From an uncultured Bdellovibrio sp. (GTDB taxonomy: Bacteria > Bdellovibrionota > UBA1018 > CAIMNF01): 35,424 nucleotides of DNA. The translations under genes and the position numbers were made by a program. This document shows, piece after piece, positions 16,549 through 25,546 of the stretch (position 1 is the stretch's first letter; every line of letters starts with the position of its first letter). The notes beneath the pieces are model-generated. The model worked only from the letters and a program-made list of their open reading frames with translations. It was not told where the DNA came from and ran no database searches. The stretch lies in the NCBI GenBank assembly GCA_964654965.1, contig CAZZLF010000001.1, forward strand, positions 1 to 35,424. Direction: 5' to 3'.

Positions 16549-16968
16549 TTAGTTAATAATTTTTATCACCGCCACATCCTCTGTGAATCCGTGGCTGCGG
16601 GTGAGGGATTGAAGGGATGATACAGGGTCGTCCTCAAAAACTTGACCTGGCTTTATCCTCCTAAAATCAGTTGGTGCGTTTTCGTAATTCCAATATCCGG
16701 TAGAAAAATCACCATATCCCGTATCAATTACCTGACTTTTAACCACAAAATCAGCTTCCGCTTCCGTGGCCTGCGATACAAGGAATTGGAATTGGGCTTC
16801 GTATTTGCCATTTGGCAGGTCAATGTCTAAAATACCTTTGGGAGACACTATGAAGATTATATGCCTATCCCCACTCGCATTATATAGATTGTAATATTCG
16901 CTACCATTAGGCACTCCCACCAGCAACCATTCAACGCCATTCGCTGTGTGTCTTACTATCTTGCTCAT
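16549..16968 (-). CDS. Hypothetical protein
   Basis: 139 aa, coupled to the upstream gene. Confidence 0.55.
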   Translation of the reverse strand: MSKIVRHTANGVEWLLVGVPNGSEYYNLYNASGDRHIIFIVSPKGILDIDLPNGKYEAQFQFLVSQATEAEADFVVKSQVIDTGYGDFSTGYWNYENAPTDFRRIKPGQVFEDDPVSSLQSLTRSHGFTEDVAVIKIIN

Positions 16969-17561
16969 TTTTCTGCTGTTTTAACGGTTACTAACCAAAA
17001 GTATTCGTTGTTGTCCCAATAGTGTTGACCGAATCGGTATATGATGTATGATTTAAGCGATTGCGTAGCATATAAATGCCTTTTGCGTAGTGGCTTAATA
17101 TAGTCTTTAAAAAAACCATCTGATTCAGTTTGTACAATCATTTGAGCCTGCTGCCCTGTCATATCCTTCAACCTTACCGCCTCGACCTTCACCACATCTT
17201 TGAAGTGGCGTGCTGCGGATAGTGGCATGTGGTAGGCGGATATAAACCCTCTGCCTGAATTATCAATGTCATCAATGTGTACATACTGACCGTTAGGCTG
17301 CCCAATGTTCACAAGTGCAGAATCGCTTTTGTAGATGGCGTGGCATAATACGTTATGGGTGATACCCTCCTTCACGTATATCTTGTCTCCGGGCTGGTAG
17401 GGGGAAAAGTCCAATAATTTTTCAGAAAATCCATCTTGTTTGAATATGAATTTCCTGAACGAAAAAAAATCGCCATTAACGGTAGGCTGCGGGTTAACCC
17501 GAACCAGGAACGCCGTAGCGTCAACGGGCATTATTACGCCTTTAATCTTTGTTTGTGCCAT
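16965..17561 (-). CDS. Hypothetical protein (possible ASCH/PUA-like fold)
   Basis: 198 aa. GDKIYVKEG and SAYHMPLSAARH segments recall ASCH-type phage proteins. This is a weak call. Confidence 0.4.
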   Translation of the reverse strand: MAQTKIKGVIMPVDATAFLVRVNPQPTVNGDFFSFRKFIFKQDGFSEKLLDFSPYQPGDKIYVKEGITHNVLCHAIYKSDSALVNIGQPNGQYVHIDDIDNSGRGFISAYHMPLSAARHFKDVVKVEAVRLKDMTGQQAQMIVQTESDGFFKDYIKPLRKRHLYATQSLKSYIIYRFGQHYWDNNEYFWLVTVKTAEK

Positions 17562-17943
17562 CGTTTCGTTCTTTTAAAATGTTCAATGCTTTGTCTATAC
17601 CTGCTGATAAGGCAAGGTCGTGGGTGCGGTAAGATTTTGATATACCTTCGTAATCCCACGACCCATCTTCCCTGCGTACGTATCCTTTGTAGCACCAACG
17701 CTTGTCATGGCAGCCTACATCGGGAACCGATACTACATGCAGCCCCTTAACCTCACGAAGCCAGCGGGAAACGGTGTCAAGGTCGGGGGCGGAGAAATAG
17801 CCACCCAATTTATTCCAGTTCTTGAATTGACTGTCTTGCATCAATTCATGGCTATCAGGTAGGTTCCAGTAAAAAGCGTCAGCATCCCAATCATACCCCG
17901 CCTCTTTCAGCGCAATGGCTTGGTCTTTAGTTACGTGTGTCAT
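17542..17943 (-). CDS. Hypothetical protein
   Basis: 133 aa, overlaps both neighbours. Confidence 0.55.
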   Translation of the reverse strand: MTHVTKDQAIALKEAGYDWDADAFYWNLPDSHELMQDSQFKNWNKLGGYFSAPDLDTVSRWLREVKGLHVVSVPDVGCHDKRWCYKGYVRREDGSWDYEGISKSYRTHDLALSAGIDKALNILKERNDGTNKD

Positions 17944-18364
17944 TGTTATTTTTTAAGATTAATATATCAGTTTCAAAATTCTTTACTGTTACCGCTGTGT
18001 ACCTGAACACCCGCCACCCAAGATTTGCCGCCAAATTGTATTTCTCGCTATCCTTCGAGTAACCCATAATCGACGTGTGCCTGCTCTTTTCGCTGAATAT
18101 CCCCTCATACTCAATGGCTATCATCTTTTCAGGTATCGCTATATCAAACCTGAATTTCCTGTCTGAAAACACATACTCTGATACAAATTCTATGCCTTCT
18201 ATGCGTAACCTGTCTTTCATCCATGTAAGCTGCTTTGCCTCTACTTTGGGTATCTTAGGTAAAGCGGCTGTCTTTTTCGGCTGCTGCTCTATCCGCTCCA
18301 GCTGCTCACGGACGTGCTGGCTGGCGTGCTTCTTCAGGTCTGATATGGTTATAGGTTTACGCAA
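17927..18364 (-). CDS. PD-(D/E)xK endonuclease-like protein (DUF559 / Vsr-like fold)
   Basis: RFDIAIPEKMIAIEYEG ... GWRVFRY matches the D...E.E/K core and the C-terminal motif of DUF559 proteins. Confidence 0.55.
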   Translation of the reverse strand: MRKPITISDLKKHASQHVREQLERIEQQPKKTAALPKIPKVEAKQLTWMKDRLRIEGIEFVSEYVFSDRKFRFDIAIPEKMIAIEYEGIFSEKSRHTSIMGYSKDSEKYNLAANLGWRVFRYTAVTVKNFETDILILKNNNDTRN

Positions 18365-18731
18365 CTTTACGGCGTTTTACAAGGGTTTTACTATCCAACC
18401 TTACCCAAACACCATCGTACTCAGGTAATGTAGGCAATTGCGTCGGCTGTGGCTTTACTGGCTTCTGTGGACGACCTTCAATGCGCCGCTTTATTGTCTT
18501 TGGGTAAACACGTTGTTTGTCGGCGAAGTTTACACCGTTCTCGTTAATTTCCACCTGCCTAACCTTGCCTTTTATCTTTCGGGTAACAGTCTTGCCAGCG
18601 TTGATGATTAGGCTCTTTTTGCTTTTGATAGAACTAACGCTGATACCAAGTATAACCGACATTTCTTTATTGGTCTTACCCGTTTTCATCAGTTCTTTAA
18701 GCTGGGTTACTGCTTCTGGTGTCCAAATCAT
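18357..18731 (-). CDS. GcrA-like HTH protein
   Basis: WTPEAVTQLKELMKTGKTNKEMSVILGISVSSIKSK parallels the GcrA N-terminus WTDERVELLKKLWAEGLSASQIAAELGGVSRNAVIGK. The central region is basic. Confidence 0.4.
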   Translation of the reverse strand: MIWTPEAVTQLKELMKTGKTNKEMSVILGISVSSIKSKKSLIINAGKTVTRKIKGKVRQVEINENGVNFADKQRVYPKTIKRRIEGRPQKPVKPQPTQLPTLPEYDGVWVRLDSKTLVKRRKVA

Positions 18732-19074
18732 TGTTCTTCTGTTTTTCGGTTAGGAATTGAGCGTAGACTTCGGATGGTTTATGTTCTGTGTAGGAAATGT
18801 ACCTTCGTTCCCATTTAATTATGACGCCTTCTGAATGCTCAATGTCATAATCGTTTTTCATAAGCCACTGCACAAACTCCACCGCATCTGACGGTTTCTC
18901 TGCCGCTTTAAGACCAGCTAAGTACGCCGTGTGCTGTTCGGTTAGCGCCTGCTCGTTACGTGCGTTCCAGCCTTTGACGAACTGTTGCCTGTTGGCTAAA
19001 CATCTACATCTAAGTACATAATCATACTTTTCTTCCATCGGATACTCCTGTTCTGCTGCTTGCTCTGCTGTCAT
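18697..19074 (-). CDS. Hypothetical protein
   Basis: 125 aa. Confidence 0.5.
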   Translation of the reverse strand: MTAEQAAEQEYPMEEKYDYVLRCRCLANRQQFVKGWNARNEQALTEQHTAYLAGLKAAEKPSDAVEFVQWLMKNDYDIEHSEGVIIKWERRYISYTEHKPSEVYAQFLTEKQKNNDLDTRSSNPA

Positions 19075-19075
19075 G

Positions 19076-19300
19076 TTATGCCTCCTTCTTTTTATCTTCG
19101 TAAACCTTTGCGTTACCGAAATACACCTTTGGCGCTTTAGCTGCCCGTTCCTCTGCCGTCTGGCTAAGTGTTACCGAATGGGTGTTGCCGAAGTTGTCTG
19201 GCTTATCCATCTTGTTAAGTACCAAATTCAGATACTTTTCTTTTTTCAAATGTTCCGGCTTGATTTTGCCGTAGTCGATGCTTAGTGTTACAAAACTCAT
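19076..19300 (-). CDS. Hypothetical protein (74 aa, start trimmed)
   Basis: ATG at 19300 (MSFVTLSIDYG) lies 4 nt after the upstream stop. The track's start at 19381 would overlap the upstream gene by 77 nt. Confidence 0.5.
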   Translation of the reverse strand: MSFVTLSIDYGKIKPEHLKKEKYLNLVLNKMDKPDNFGNTHSVTLSQTAEERAAKAPKVYFGNAKVYEDKKKEA

Positions 19301-19304
19301 GTTT

Positions 19305-19724
19305 CTATTTTTTGCTGTTAATAAATTCGTTGTAATCGGATTCGGTTGCGGGGGTAGTCCATTGAGCCATAAAAACACCATCCATTATTTTAGTATCATT
19401 AGTTTCACCTAAAATACCCATGTGTGATTCTCTCCATAAATCTACTTTCCAAACAATTCCATCTTTTGCCATCACATACTTTGGCATATCACTCAACTCT
19501 CTCTTTTCCCACCACTCCAGACGGCGGAAGATGTGCGGGAATCTATTTATTGTCCAAGTCTTACATTTTGCAAAAGATACTGTTGAAGCATACTTACTTT
19601 CGTTTTCTTTTATAAGAATGTCACCCACTTTAAATGGGCTTTGGGGATATGGGCTATCACCATCTTTAGCATCTGGTGCGCCGCATACTATCACCCGCGG
19701 CTGTAACAGTTCTTCCGGTGTCAT
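19305..19724 (-). CDS. Hypothetical protein
   Basis: 139 aa, ATGA-coupled to the upstream gene. Confidence 0.55.
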   Translation of the reverse strand: MTPEELLQPRVIVCGAPDAKDGDSPYPQSPFKVGDILIKENESKYASTVSFAKCKTWTINRFPHIFRRLEWWEKRELSDMPKYVMAKDGIVWKVDLWRESHMGILGETNDTKIMDGVFMAQWTTPATESDYNEFINSKK

Positions 19725-19966
19725 TTCGATTGTTTTAGTTGGTTAAGGAACTCTATTGTTGATTCACTATATGGGTCTTCTGCACCAAATTCATAAATTG
19801 CCCTTTGTACGTCTGATAACGTGTACAAATTCTTTGACATCTGCTCAAAGTAGTACTCGGCGTACTGCTGCATGGCTTCGTTTATTTCACCGTTAACCAT
19901 GTTAGGGACAAATAGCCTATCGACTAAGAATTCCTGCGGTGTCATTATCTTGTTTTCTGTACTCAT
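19721..19966 (-). CDS. Hypothetical protein
   Basis: 81 aa, acidic. Confidence 0.5.
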   Translation of the reverse strand: MSTENKIMTPQEFLVDRLFVPNMVNGEINEAMQQYAEYYFEQMSKNLYTLSDVQRAIYEFGAEDPYSESTIEFLNQLKQSK

Positions 19967-19968
19967 TG

Positions 19969-20175
19969 CTATACTGTTTTTTTAAGGTCATTCACAAAAA
20001 TGAAGTAGCCGCCAACCAAAATGCATCCAAGCAATACTATTAAGTATCTCCAATAGGATAACTGTATTAACCAATATCTATCTGATTCACAAGCCCACAT
20101 TGATGCCATGAATATTATCCCCATTAAGTGCCAAGAGATAACCAATACTGTAAGTAATTCTGTTATAGTTGTCAT
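19969..20175 (-). CDS. Small membrane protein
   Basis: 68 aa with two hydrophobic helices. Confidence 0.5.
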   Translation of the reverse strand: MTTITELLTVLVISWHLMGIIFMASMWACESDRYWLIQLSYWRYLIVLLGCILVGGYFIFVNDLKKTV

Positions 20176-20187
20176 TGTTCTGTTATT

Positions 20188-22071
20188 TTATGGTTCATTA
20201 AAAAAATTTTCAGGTAGTTTCTGCGGGTTACTCTGGTAGCCCGATATACCAGCATAAGGATTGTCGGGTATGGGTGTGTGTAAATCTGGTTGTTGCGAAT
20301 TAATGTTGCCATAAGTGTACTGCCGCCTGTTTACATCATAACCAAGTTCAGCCATGCCTATTTTCCCTAACCATGAATAGCGTATTTTTTGAAAATGTAT
20401 CTGTACTATGTTTGTGGCAAAGTCACGGTAAACTGTTATCCCGTTGTCTGTCTTGTTAAAAAAGTGCGCACTACCTGAAATGTCATAAAGCGTAGGTACT
20501 TCGTACTTTCCATTAACCTTCTTTATTTTAGTAGGGTGTGCCACAAGAAATACATGTACCTGCTTTCGCTTAGCAAATGATTTTATCTTAGACAGACATT
20601 CGCTTGTGTATTGTGTTTCCGATTGCCCTGCCGCTATCTTATGTTCAACATAATTCCACGGGTCAATGATTAAAGCATTCACCCCTTTACGTGATACAAG
20701 TTCGCCAGCTTTGGCAAGTACGCCGTCCATTGTCATATCTATCACGTCAATATCCATGAAATTGTAATGCGCCTCAACAAAAGCAGCCGCACGCTCAAAG
20801 TCTATTGGAGAAATTCTATCGTTGTCATTATACCGCTTAGCAAATGATAGCCCGGTGTACTTTTCCATCAACTTAGTGATGTGCAGGCTTGTAGGTTGAT
20901 TTTCCGGGCTGCAAATGGCAAATACCCATTTGTGAACCTTTGCCATGTTGACTGAAATAAAATCCAAAAATTCACTTTTGCCGGAACCAGGAATACCAGT
21001 AAGGATTGTTATTTGACCGAACATGAATGATATGTATTCATCAAGTACTGATATACCAAGTTTCATGCCACCGGGATAGCCAGAGCCGTAATATTCTTTT
21101 ACTTCACGGTAGTAGTCCTTCATTGAGTACACTCCCTCAATAGGAACTTGTTGCGCTGATTTTATTGCCGCTTTTACGCTATCAGCACCTAATTTCACAA
21201 GCACATCATTTGCATCTTTACACCCTTCTGGTGGCGTTACTATATAACACTTTTCAGCCCCAATACGTCGTACAAGTTCGTCACGTAATAAACGTCCATT
21301 ATCGTCATTATCAACGAATAATATAACCTTATCTATACCAGCAAATAAATCATAAGCGCTCCCAAAATAATCCAACTTCATATTACCTTTCGCCGCTCCG
21401 TTAGGAACAGAAACAACGCTTGTGTATCCGCATTGCATGAGTGAAAGACAGTCTATTTCACCCTCGGTTATTATGACGTGTTTTGCGTTTTCTGTGCTGT
21501 TGATGTTGTAAAAAATCAATTCAGCATTCGTAACCATCATAAAATCCTTTTCGGATACGGAACGATATTTAACGTTCACTATTTCATTTCCACGGTAGTA
21601 GTTAAAGCAAATTACCTCAACTTCTTTTTTAGCTTTAGGCATCCATTTTACATCGGAAGTAACCTTTGCGGCAACAAGCGTTTCCATCCTAATTCCACGG
21701 GACAAAAAGTAATCCAGCGAATTTTTGGTTAATGGTTGTACCTGTTGTGGTGGTTTAACGTAATTTTTAGGCTGTTCTTTCACTTCTTCTAAGGTTATCC
21801 TATACTTATCAGCTAATTTTCGAATTGCGGTCAAATAATCGACGTTTTCACGCTTCATCACGAACTCTATGCTGTCACCTGAAGCACCGCATCCGAAACA
21901 CTTGTACATGTTCTTAGCCGGAGTGACTTTAAACGATGGTGTTTTTTCATTGTGAAAAGGGCAACTACCGACATATCCAGCTCCGTCACGCTTTAGCGTA
22001 ACATACTGCTCCACCACTTCTTTGATGTTGGCGGCATCTTTCACACGTTCTATGCAGCTTTGCTCAATCAT
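20188..22071 (-). CDS. Bifunctional primase-helicase (CHC2 zinc finger, TOPRIM and a DnaB/RecA-like NTPase)
   Basis: CPFHNEKTPSFKV..YKCFGCGASGD is the zinc finger. ITEGEIDCLSL and VDNDDNGR are TOPRIM. GIPGSGKSEF is Walker A and ALIIDPWN is Walker B. Confidence 0.9.
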   Translation of the reverse strand: MIEQSCIERVKDAANIKEVVEQYVTLKRDGAGYVGSCPFHNEKTPSFKVTPAKNMYKCFGCGASGDSIEFVMKRENVDYLTAIRKLADKYRITLEEVKEQPKNYVKPPQQVQPLTKNSLDYFLSRGIRMETLVAAKVTSDVKWMPKAKKEVEVICFNYYRGNEIVNVKYRSVSEKDFMMVTNAELIFYNINSTENAKHVIITEGEIDCLSLMQCGYTSVVSVPNGAAKGNMKLDYFGSAYDLFAGIDKVILFVDNDDNGRLLRDELVRRIGAEKCYIVTPPEGCKDANDVLVKLGADSVKAAIKSAQQVPIEGVYSMKDYYREVKEYYGSGYPGGMKLGISVLDEYISFMFGQITILTGIPGSGKSEFLDFISVNMAKVHKWVFAICSPENQPTSLHITKLMEKYTGLSFAKRYNDNDRISPIDFERAAAFVEAHYNFMDIDVIDMTMDGVLAKAGELVSRKGVNALIIDPWNYVEHKIAAGQSETQYTSECLSKIKSFAKRKQVHVFLVAHPTKIKKVNGKYEVPTLYDISGSAHFFNKTDNGITVYRDFATNIVQIHFQKIRYSWLGKIGMAELGYDVNRRQYTYGNINSQQPDLHTPIPDNPYAGISGYQSNPQKLPENFFNEP

Positions 22072-22790
22072 ATCACAAATCTTGGGTCAACTACGGATGC
22101 GTGTTGTGCTTGATAATTTTGGGTTAAAGTCGAATTACTGTAATCGTCATTCCAGCATTTGCCATTAAGCCATGTAAGCGGATTTTTTCTAAACTGGATG
22201 TCTGGAGTTTTTGACACGTACAATTTTGCTTTTTCTATTGCCTTTACAACTTCATCATGCGTAAGCGTTAAGAACTTTTTTAAGCATTTTTCCCTGTCGT
22301 TTTTTTTACCGTAGATGTCCCAAAAAATATCAAAATCGCTTGTATTATCTTCTATATTTTCTTTTCCTTTCTTTTCCTTTCCTTTGCTACTTTTTGCTTT
22401 AGCATTGCTAAGCATTTGCTTAGCATTTGCTACTCCGCCCTTGCTACCAGCGGCTTTCCGCTTGTTTCTTATATCTTCACGATGTTTAATATTACGCATC
22501 ACTCTGTCGCAAATGACGGTATCGTGATTTTGCGTGAAAAGCTCAAAAACGTGTACGCAATCGTCTATAAATTTTGTCACGAAATCAGCATCTATTAGCA
22601 TTTGCTTAGCAATTGCTAAAACGACGTAATTTTTAACTTGCAAGGCATGTGATTCGTCTGAATGTAGCATCTCAACTATTCGCCAGTATAAGCCGTATCC
22701 AGATGCGCCATATTGACCAATCATTGCCTGAATTTTAGGGTCTGATGTTGGCTCGTAGTCGTGGGGGAAATAGTAAGTTTCTTTAGCCAT
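22068..22790 (-). CDS. Replication / replisome-organizer-like protein (DUF4373-type N-terminus)
   Basis: YYFPHDYEPTSDPKIQAMIGQYGASGYGLYWRIVEMLH is the typical DUF4373 start in Bacteroidota phages. It has a Lys-rich linker and is ATGA-coupled to the primase gene. Confidence 0.55.
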   Translation of the reverse strand: MAKETYYFPHDYEPTSDPKIQAMIGQYGASGYGLYWRIVEMLHSDESHALQVKNYVVLAIAKQMLIDADFVTKFIDDCVHVFELFTQNHDTVICDRVMRNIKHREDIRNKRKAAGSKGGVANAKQMLSNAKAKSSKGKEKKGKENIEDNTSDFDIFWDIYGKKNDREKCLKKFLTLTHDEVVKAIEKAKLYVSKTPDIQFRKNPLTWLNGKCWNDDYSNSTLTQNYQAQHASVVDPRFVI

Positions 22791-22801
22791 GTTCTTTACA
22801 T

Positions 22802-23173
22802 TTAATCTATCAGCGTGTCGGTCTCGAATGGTTTCCAGTGGGTGACGTTGTGTAGTTCAGGCTGCCATCTTTTACGAACATGATTGTACCAACCAGGCTG
22901 TGTAATTACCTTACCGTCCACCCTTATTCGATAAGGGGCTTCATCACTCGGCAGTTCATCGTTGACGCTTATCCAGCCGTCGTTTGCTTTAAGGCGTTCT
23001 GCTTTTATCATTTGTGCCGCTACTTCCCATGCTTGTTCCTCTGTGGAATAGAACATTAATATGTATGCCCGTTCTTTACTGTCACTTAATACACAACCAA
23101 CATTGCTTGTAAATATCTTAAAATAGGCATCTGGCACATACTGTAAAACGTATTCTTTCGGTGTCATAATCAA
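22802..23173 (-). CDS. Hypothetical protein with a DUF551-like C-terminus
   Basis: WISVNDELPSDEAP...THWKPF pattern. Confidence 0.4.
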   Translation of the reverse strand: MIMTPKEYVLQYVPDAYFKIFTSNVGCVLSDSKERAYILMFYSTEEQAWEVAAQMIKAERLKANDGWISVNDELPSDEAPYRIRVDGKVITQPGWYNHVRKRWQPELHNVTHWKPFETDTLID

Positions 23174-23186
23174 TTATTTGTGTTGG

Positions 23187-23360
23187 TTAATTCAAGATAA
23201 TTTTAACGGGAAAGGATGTGACACGATTATCCTTTCGGAGCAGGTTGTTTAAGATGTTCTGCTGCGATTTTGTTAGGCTGTCGATGGTCTGTTGCTGGAT
23301 GGCGTTAATTTGCCTTAGTAGCTCAATTTCTTTGAGCAGGTCGGAAGTGGATTGTGGCAT
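23187..23360 (-). CDS. Small coiled-coil protein (57 aa), the trimmed version of track ORF 23187-23576
   Basis: The in-frame ATG at 23360 gives MPQSTSDLLKEIELLRQINAIQQQTIDSL. The upstream 72 codons coincide with a highly structured repeat element and have odd composition. Confidence 0.4.
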   Translation of the reverse strand: MPQSTSDLLKEIELLRQINAIQQQTIDSLTKSQQNILNNLLRKDNRVTSFPVKIILN

Positions 23361-23362
23361 AT

Positions 23363-23524
23363 GTCGCTGATTTTTGGTAAAAGAAAATAGGGGTTGGGGA
23401 CTTGGAATCAGCGACGAAACCAATACCACAGAGGGATGCCCCAACCTTATCTTTAATGGAATTAATGTAGAATGAAAGTAACATTCTCGTATGGTATTTA
23501 ATAGTAATCGTCGCTGAGTAGCGA
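23363..23524. other. Structured non-coding element: three copies of a GTCGCTGA-type motif, a GC helix and an AT-rich spacer (riboregulator or replication-origin candidate)
   Basis: GTCGCTGATT lies at 23363-23372, AATCAGCGACGA at 23406-23417 and TCGTCGCTGA at 23508-23517. GGTTGGGG (23392-23399) pairs with CCCCAACC (23439-23446), and TTGG (23402-23405) with CCAA (23420-23423). Further hairpins lie at 23469-23487 and 23511-23524. Confidence 0.5.
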
Positions 23525-23579
23525 AGTTAAACCATTCAATGTTACCCGCCAAATCTATTTTCAATAATCGTGCCATGTT

Positions 23580-23741
23580 TCAAAAGTGTTCTTTTTCGTA
23601 CCTGCTAATCCTGACTGATAAAATCGCCAGTTCGTTCAAATCGTGGTCGCTAATGTTCGTATTAAGAATCATTCGTTCTGCGAGTGCCTTTGCTGCGGCG
23701 TACTCGTTAAATGTGTGCAGCGGTGGTATGTTGTCGGTCAT
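23580..23741 (-). CDS. Small protein (53 aa), below the track cutoff, resembling the N-terminal segment of HigA-type antitoxins
   Basis: Hand translation gives MTDNIPPLHTFNEYAAAKALAERMILNTNISDHDLNELAILSVRISRYEKEHF. The start overlaps the methyltransferase stop (ATGA). Confidence 0.4.
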   Translation of the reverse strand: MTDNIPPLHTFNEYAAAKALAERMILNTNISDHDLNELAILSVRISRYEKEHF

Positions 23742-24463
23742 AGTTGTAGTTTTGATTGTGTTGGCGCAAGCTGTTGCGGTGTGAATAGCTTTGCTTTGCT
23801 GATATGCTCTTTAAATCGCTTTTCCTGTGCATTGAAGTAATCCGTGTCCAATTCGCAGCCCGTAAAGTCAAAACCCATGTCGTAGGCGGCTATTCTGCTG
23901 GAGCCACTGCCTAAGTGTGTGTCAAGTATCTTATCGCCGGGCTTAGCGTAGTTCTGGAGCAACCACTTGTAAAGGGCAACGGGCTTTTGGGTAGGGTGGA
24001 TTCTTAGCTCTTTATTTTTCATGTCAGCCTGAATCATACCGTGCCATTTAAATGTAAACTTTCTTACTGCGGTGTTAAATGAAGTCCACGCCAACTCGCA
24101 ATCGGCAAAATCATTATCTCCATTTTGTTTATCCCAAACTACCCAACATGAACTTGTTTTTCCTAAAAAATGATTTGCGCCCCAAATGATTTGATTTTTA
24201 GACACTCTAAATAATTCATTAAAATAGTCTTGTGTTGGGGGGTTCTTGTCGTTCCCTGAAAATGGTTTATAGTCTTTCGATTTACCTAATGCTTTTTTTT
24301 TAATTGACCCAATACCTAACCCACGACTTTTATTTTTGCTACCATCCTCCCCAATCCCATAAGGCGGGTCAACTATTGCCAACTCGAAAAACTTATCGGG
24401 TACAGTTTGCATGAAAGTCATGCAGTCAATATTTAGTGCTATGCTATTTATGTTACTTCCCAT
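23738..24463 (-). CDS. DNA N6-adenine/N4-cytosine methyltransferase (beta class, DPPY)
   Basis: IVDPPYGIG is motif IV. HPTQKPVALYKWLL and THLGSGSSRIAA are the AdoMet motif I region. An alternative start lies at 24508. Confidence 0.85.
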   Translation of the reverse strand: MGSNINSIALNIDCMTFMQTVPDKFFELAIVDPPYGIGEDGSKNKSRGLGIGSIKKKALGKSKDYKPFSGNDKNPPTQDYFNELFRVSKNQIIWGANHFLGKTSSCWVVWDKQNGDNDFADCELAWTSFNTAVRKFTFKWHGMIQADMKNKELRIHPTQKPVALYKWLLQNYAKPGDKILDTHLGSGSSRIAAYDMGFDFTGCELDTDYFNAQEKRFKEHISKAKLFTPQQLAPTQSKLQL

Positions 24464-24674
24464 TCTCAAATAGTGTTTCTGGTAGTGGAGGAAATTCGAT
24501 GTACGCAAAGTGCGTTATCTCGCCAAATTGGGCTTTTGCAGCATGAAAATTCCCGTTGATTATGAAGCCTAAACTGTGTTCCTTACCGTTCGTTACAAAT
24601 ACCGAAACGATATGAACGCCCGGCTTGCTTGGTTTACGATAGCTGCTCACCGGCTGGTACGTCTGCATGGTCAA
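24453..24674 (-). CDS. Hypothetical protein
   Basis: 73 aa. Confidence 0.5.
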   Translation of the reverse strand: MTMQTYQPVSSYRKPSKPGVHIVSVFVTNGKEHSLGFIINGNFHAAKAQFGEITHFAYIEFPPLPETLFENGK

Positions 24675-25035
24675 AGATTCTTAGTTTATTGTCCAATAAA
24701 TCCTGCGCAAATGCTTCAACCGCTGCACGCTGTTCGTCCGTCATATCCGACATGATGGAAAACACGCTTTGGTACACGGTATAGTCACGATTACGCCAGT
24801 TCCATTCATTCAACCATGTTTCACGGTCTTTAGGGGGAATGTCTTTTAGGATGTCGTTCAAAAAGTTGCCGTAAGAGGAAAATATTTTGTTCAGGCCATA
24901 CTTAATTTCCCGATGCACTGCATTAACAGGTGCGCTTACTAAATACTCCTTGCAGGTCAAAGCGCAATTCATCATACCAATCATGGTGTAAAAAATCTTC
25001 GTTTCTTTCGTAATGTTCTTAGTTGTCTGTTCCAT
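24634..25035 (-). CDS. Hypothetical protein
   Basis: 133 aa. Confidence 0.55.
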   Translation of the reverse strand: MEQTTKNITKETKIFYTMIGMMNCALTCKEYLVSAPVNAVHREIKYGLNKIFSSYGNFLNDILKDIPPKDRETWLNEWNWRNRDYTVYQSVFSIMSDMTDEQRAAVEAFAQDLLDNKLRIFDHADVPAGEQLS

Positions 25036-25546
25036 TGCTATGTTCCATTTTTTTAGCGTTAATCCTTATGCGTACCTCATCCAATATCTTGTCGTACATG
25101 CGCCTATACTCGTCATCAGTTTGCAGGGAATTATCAACCGCATTGCAGCTATGTATAACCGTAGTGTGGTCAAATCCACCAAACTTTTCACCTATCCATT
25201 TCAGCGTTATTTCAGCACGGCCATACTTCACATTTTTCATTATGTGCATTACGATTTGCCTGACTAAAACCACTTCACGCTTCCTTGTTTTCTGCGCCAG
25301 CCGCATTTTTTCTACTCCGTATAATTCGCAGGCTACGTCCCATGAAATTTGCAGATACATATCAGGTGTAGCGTCGGGTAGTAGTTGGAGATTATCGGCC
25401 ATTTCAAACATTAATTTGGCGTAGTTTTCAGCCCCTTCTTTCCATTGCTGAATGAAAGGCTTAGCCCGTAATTTTTCGGCTTGTTTTAGGCGTTCTAACA
25501 GTGATTTATCGCCTAACGCTGAGTAGAAACTTGGTGTCATTGTCAT
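25019..25546 (-). CDS. DnaA C-terminal (domain IV) HTH protein
   Basis: LVRQIVMHIMKNV...WIGEKFGGFDHTTVIHSCNAV matches the Bac_DnaA_C signature ARQIAMYL..IG..FG.RDHTTVLHA. It has no AAA+ domain. Confidence 0.75.
   Translation of the reverse strand: MTMTPSFYSALGDKSLLERLKQAEKLRAKPFIQQWKEGAENYAKLMFEMADNLQLLPDATPDMYLQISWDVACELYGVEKMRLAQKTRKREVVLVRQIVMHIMKNVKYGRAEITLKWIGEKFGGFDHTTVIHSCNAVDNSLQTDDEYRRMYDKILDEVRIRINAKKMEHSNGTDN

Noticed and set aside
22315-22400. CT-rich near-tandem repeats (cttttcctttcttttcctttcctttg)
   Set aside because: This is the reverse strand of a Lys/Gly/Glu-rich linker (KGKEKKGKE) inside the DUF4373 protein. It is low-complexity coding sequence, not a CRISPR array or regulatory repeat.
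23361-23576. N-terminal 72 codons of track ORF 23187-23576
   Set aside because: This stretch coincides exactly with the repeat and hairpin element, and its peptide (STLIPLKIRLGHPSVVLVSSLIPSPQPLFSF) looks like translated structure rather than protein. I kept only the 57-codon C-terminal ORF. This rejection is itself testable (see findings).
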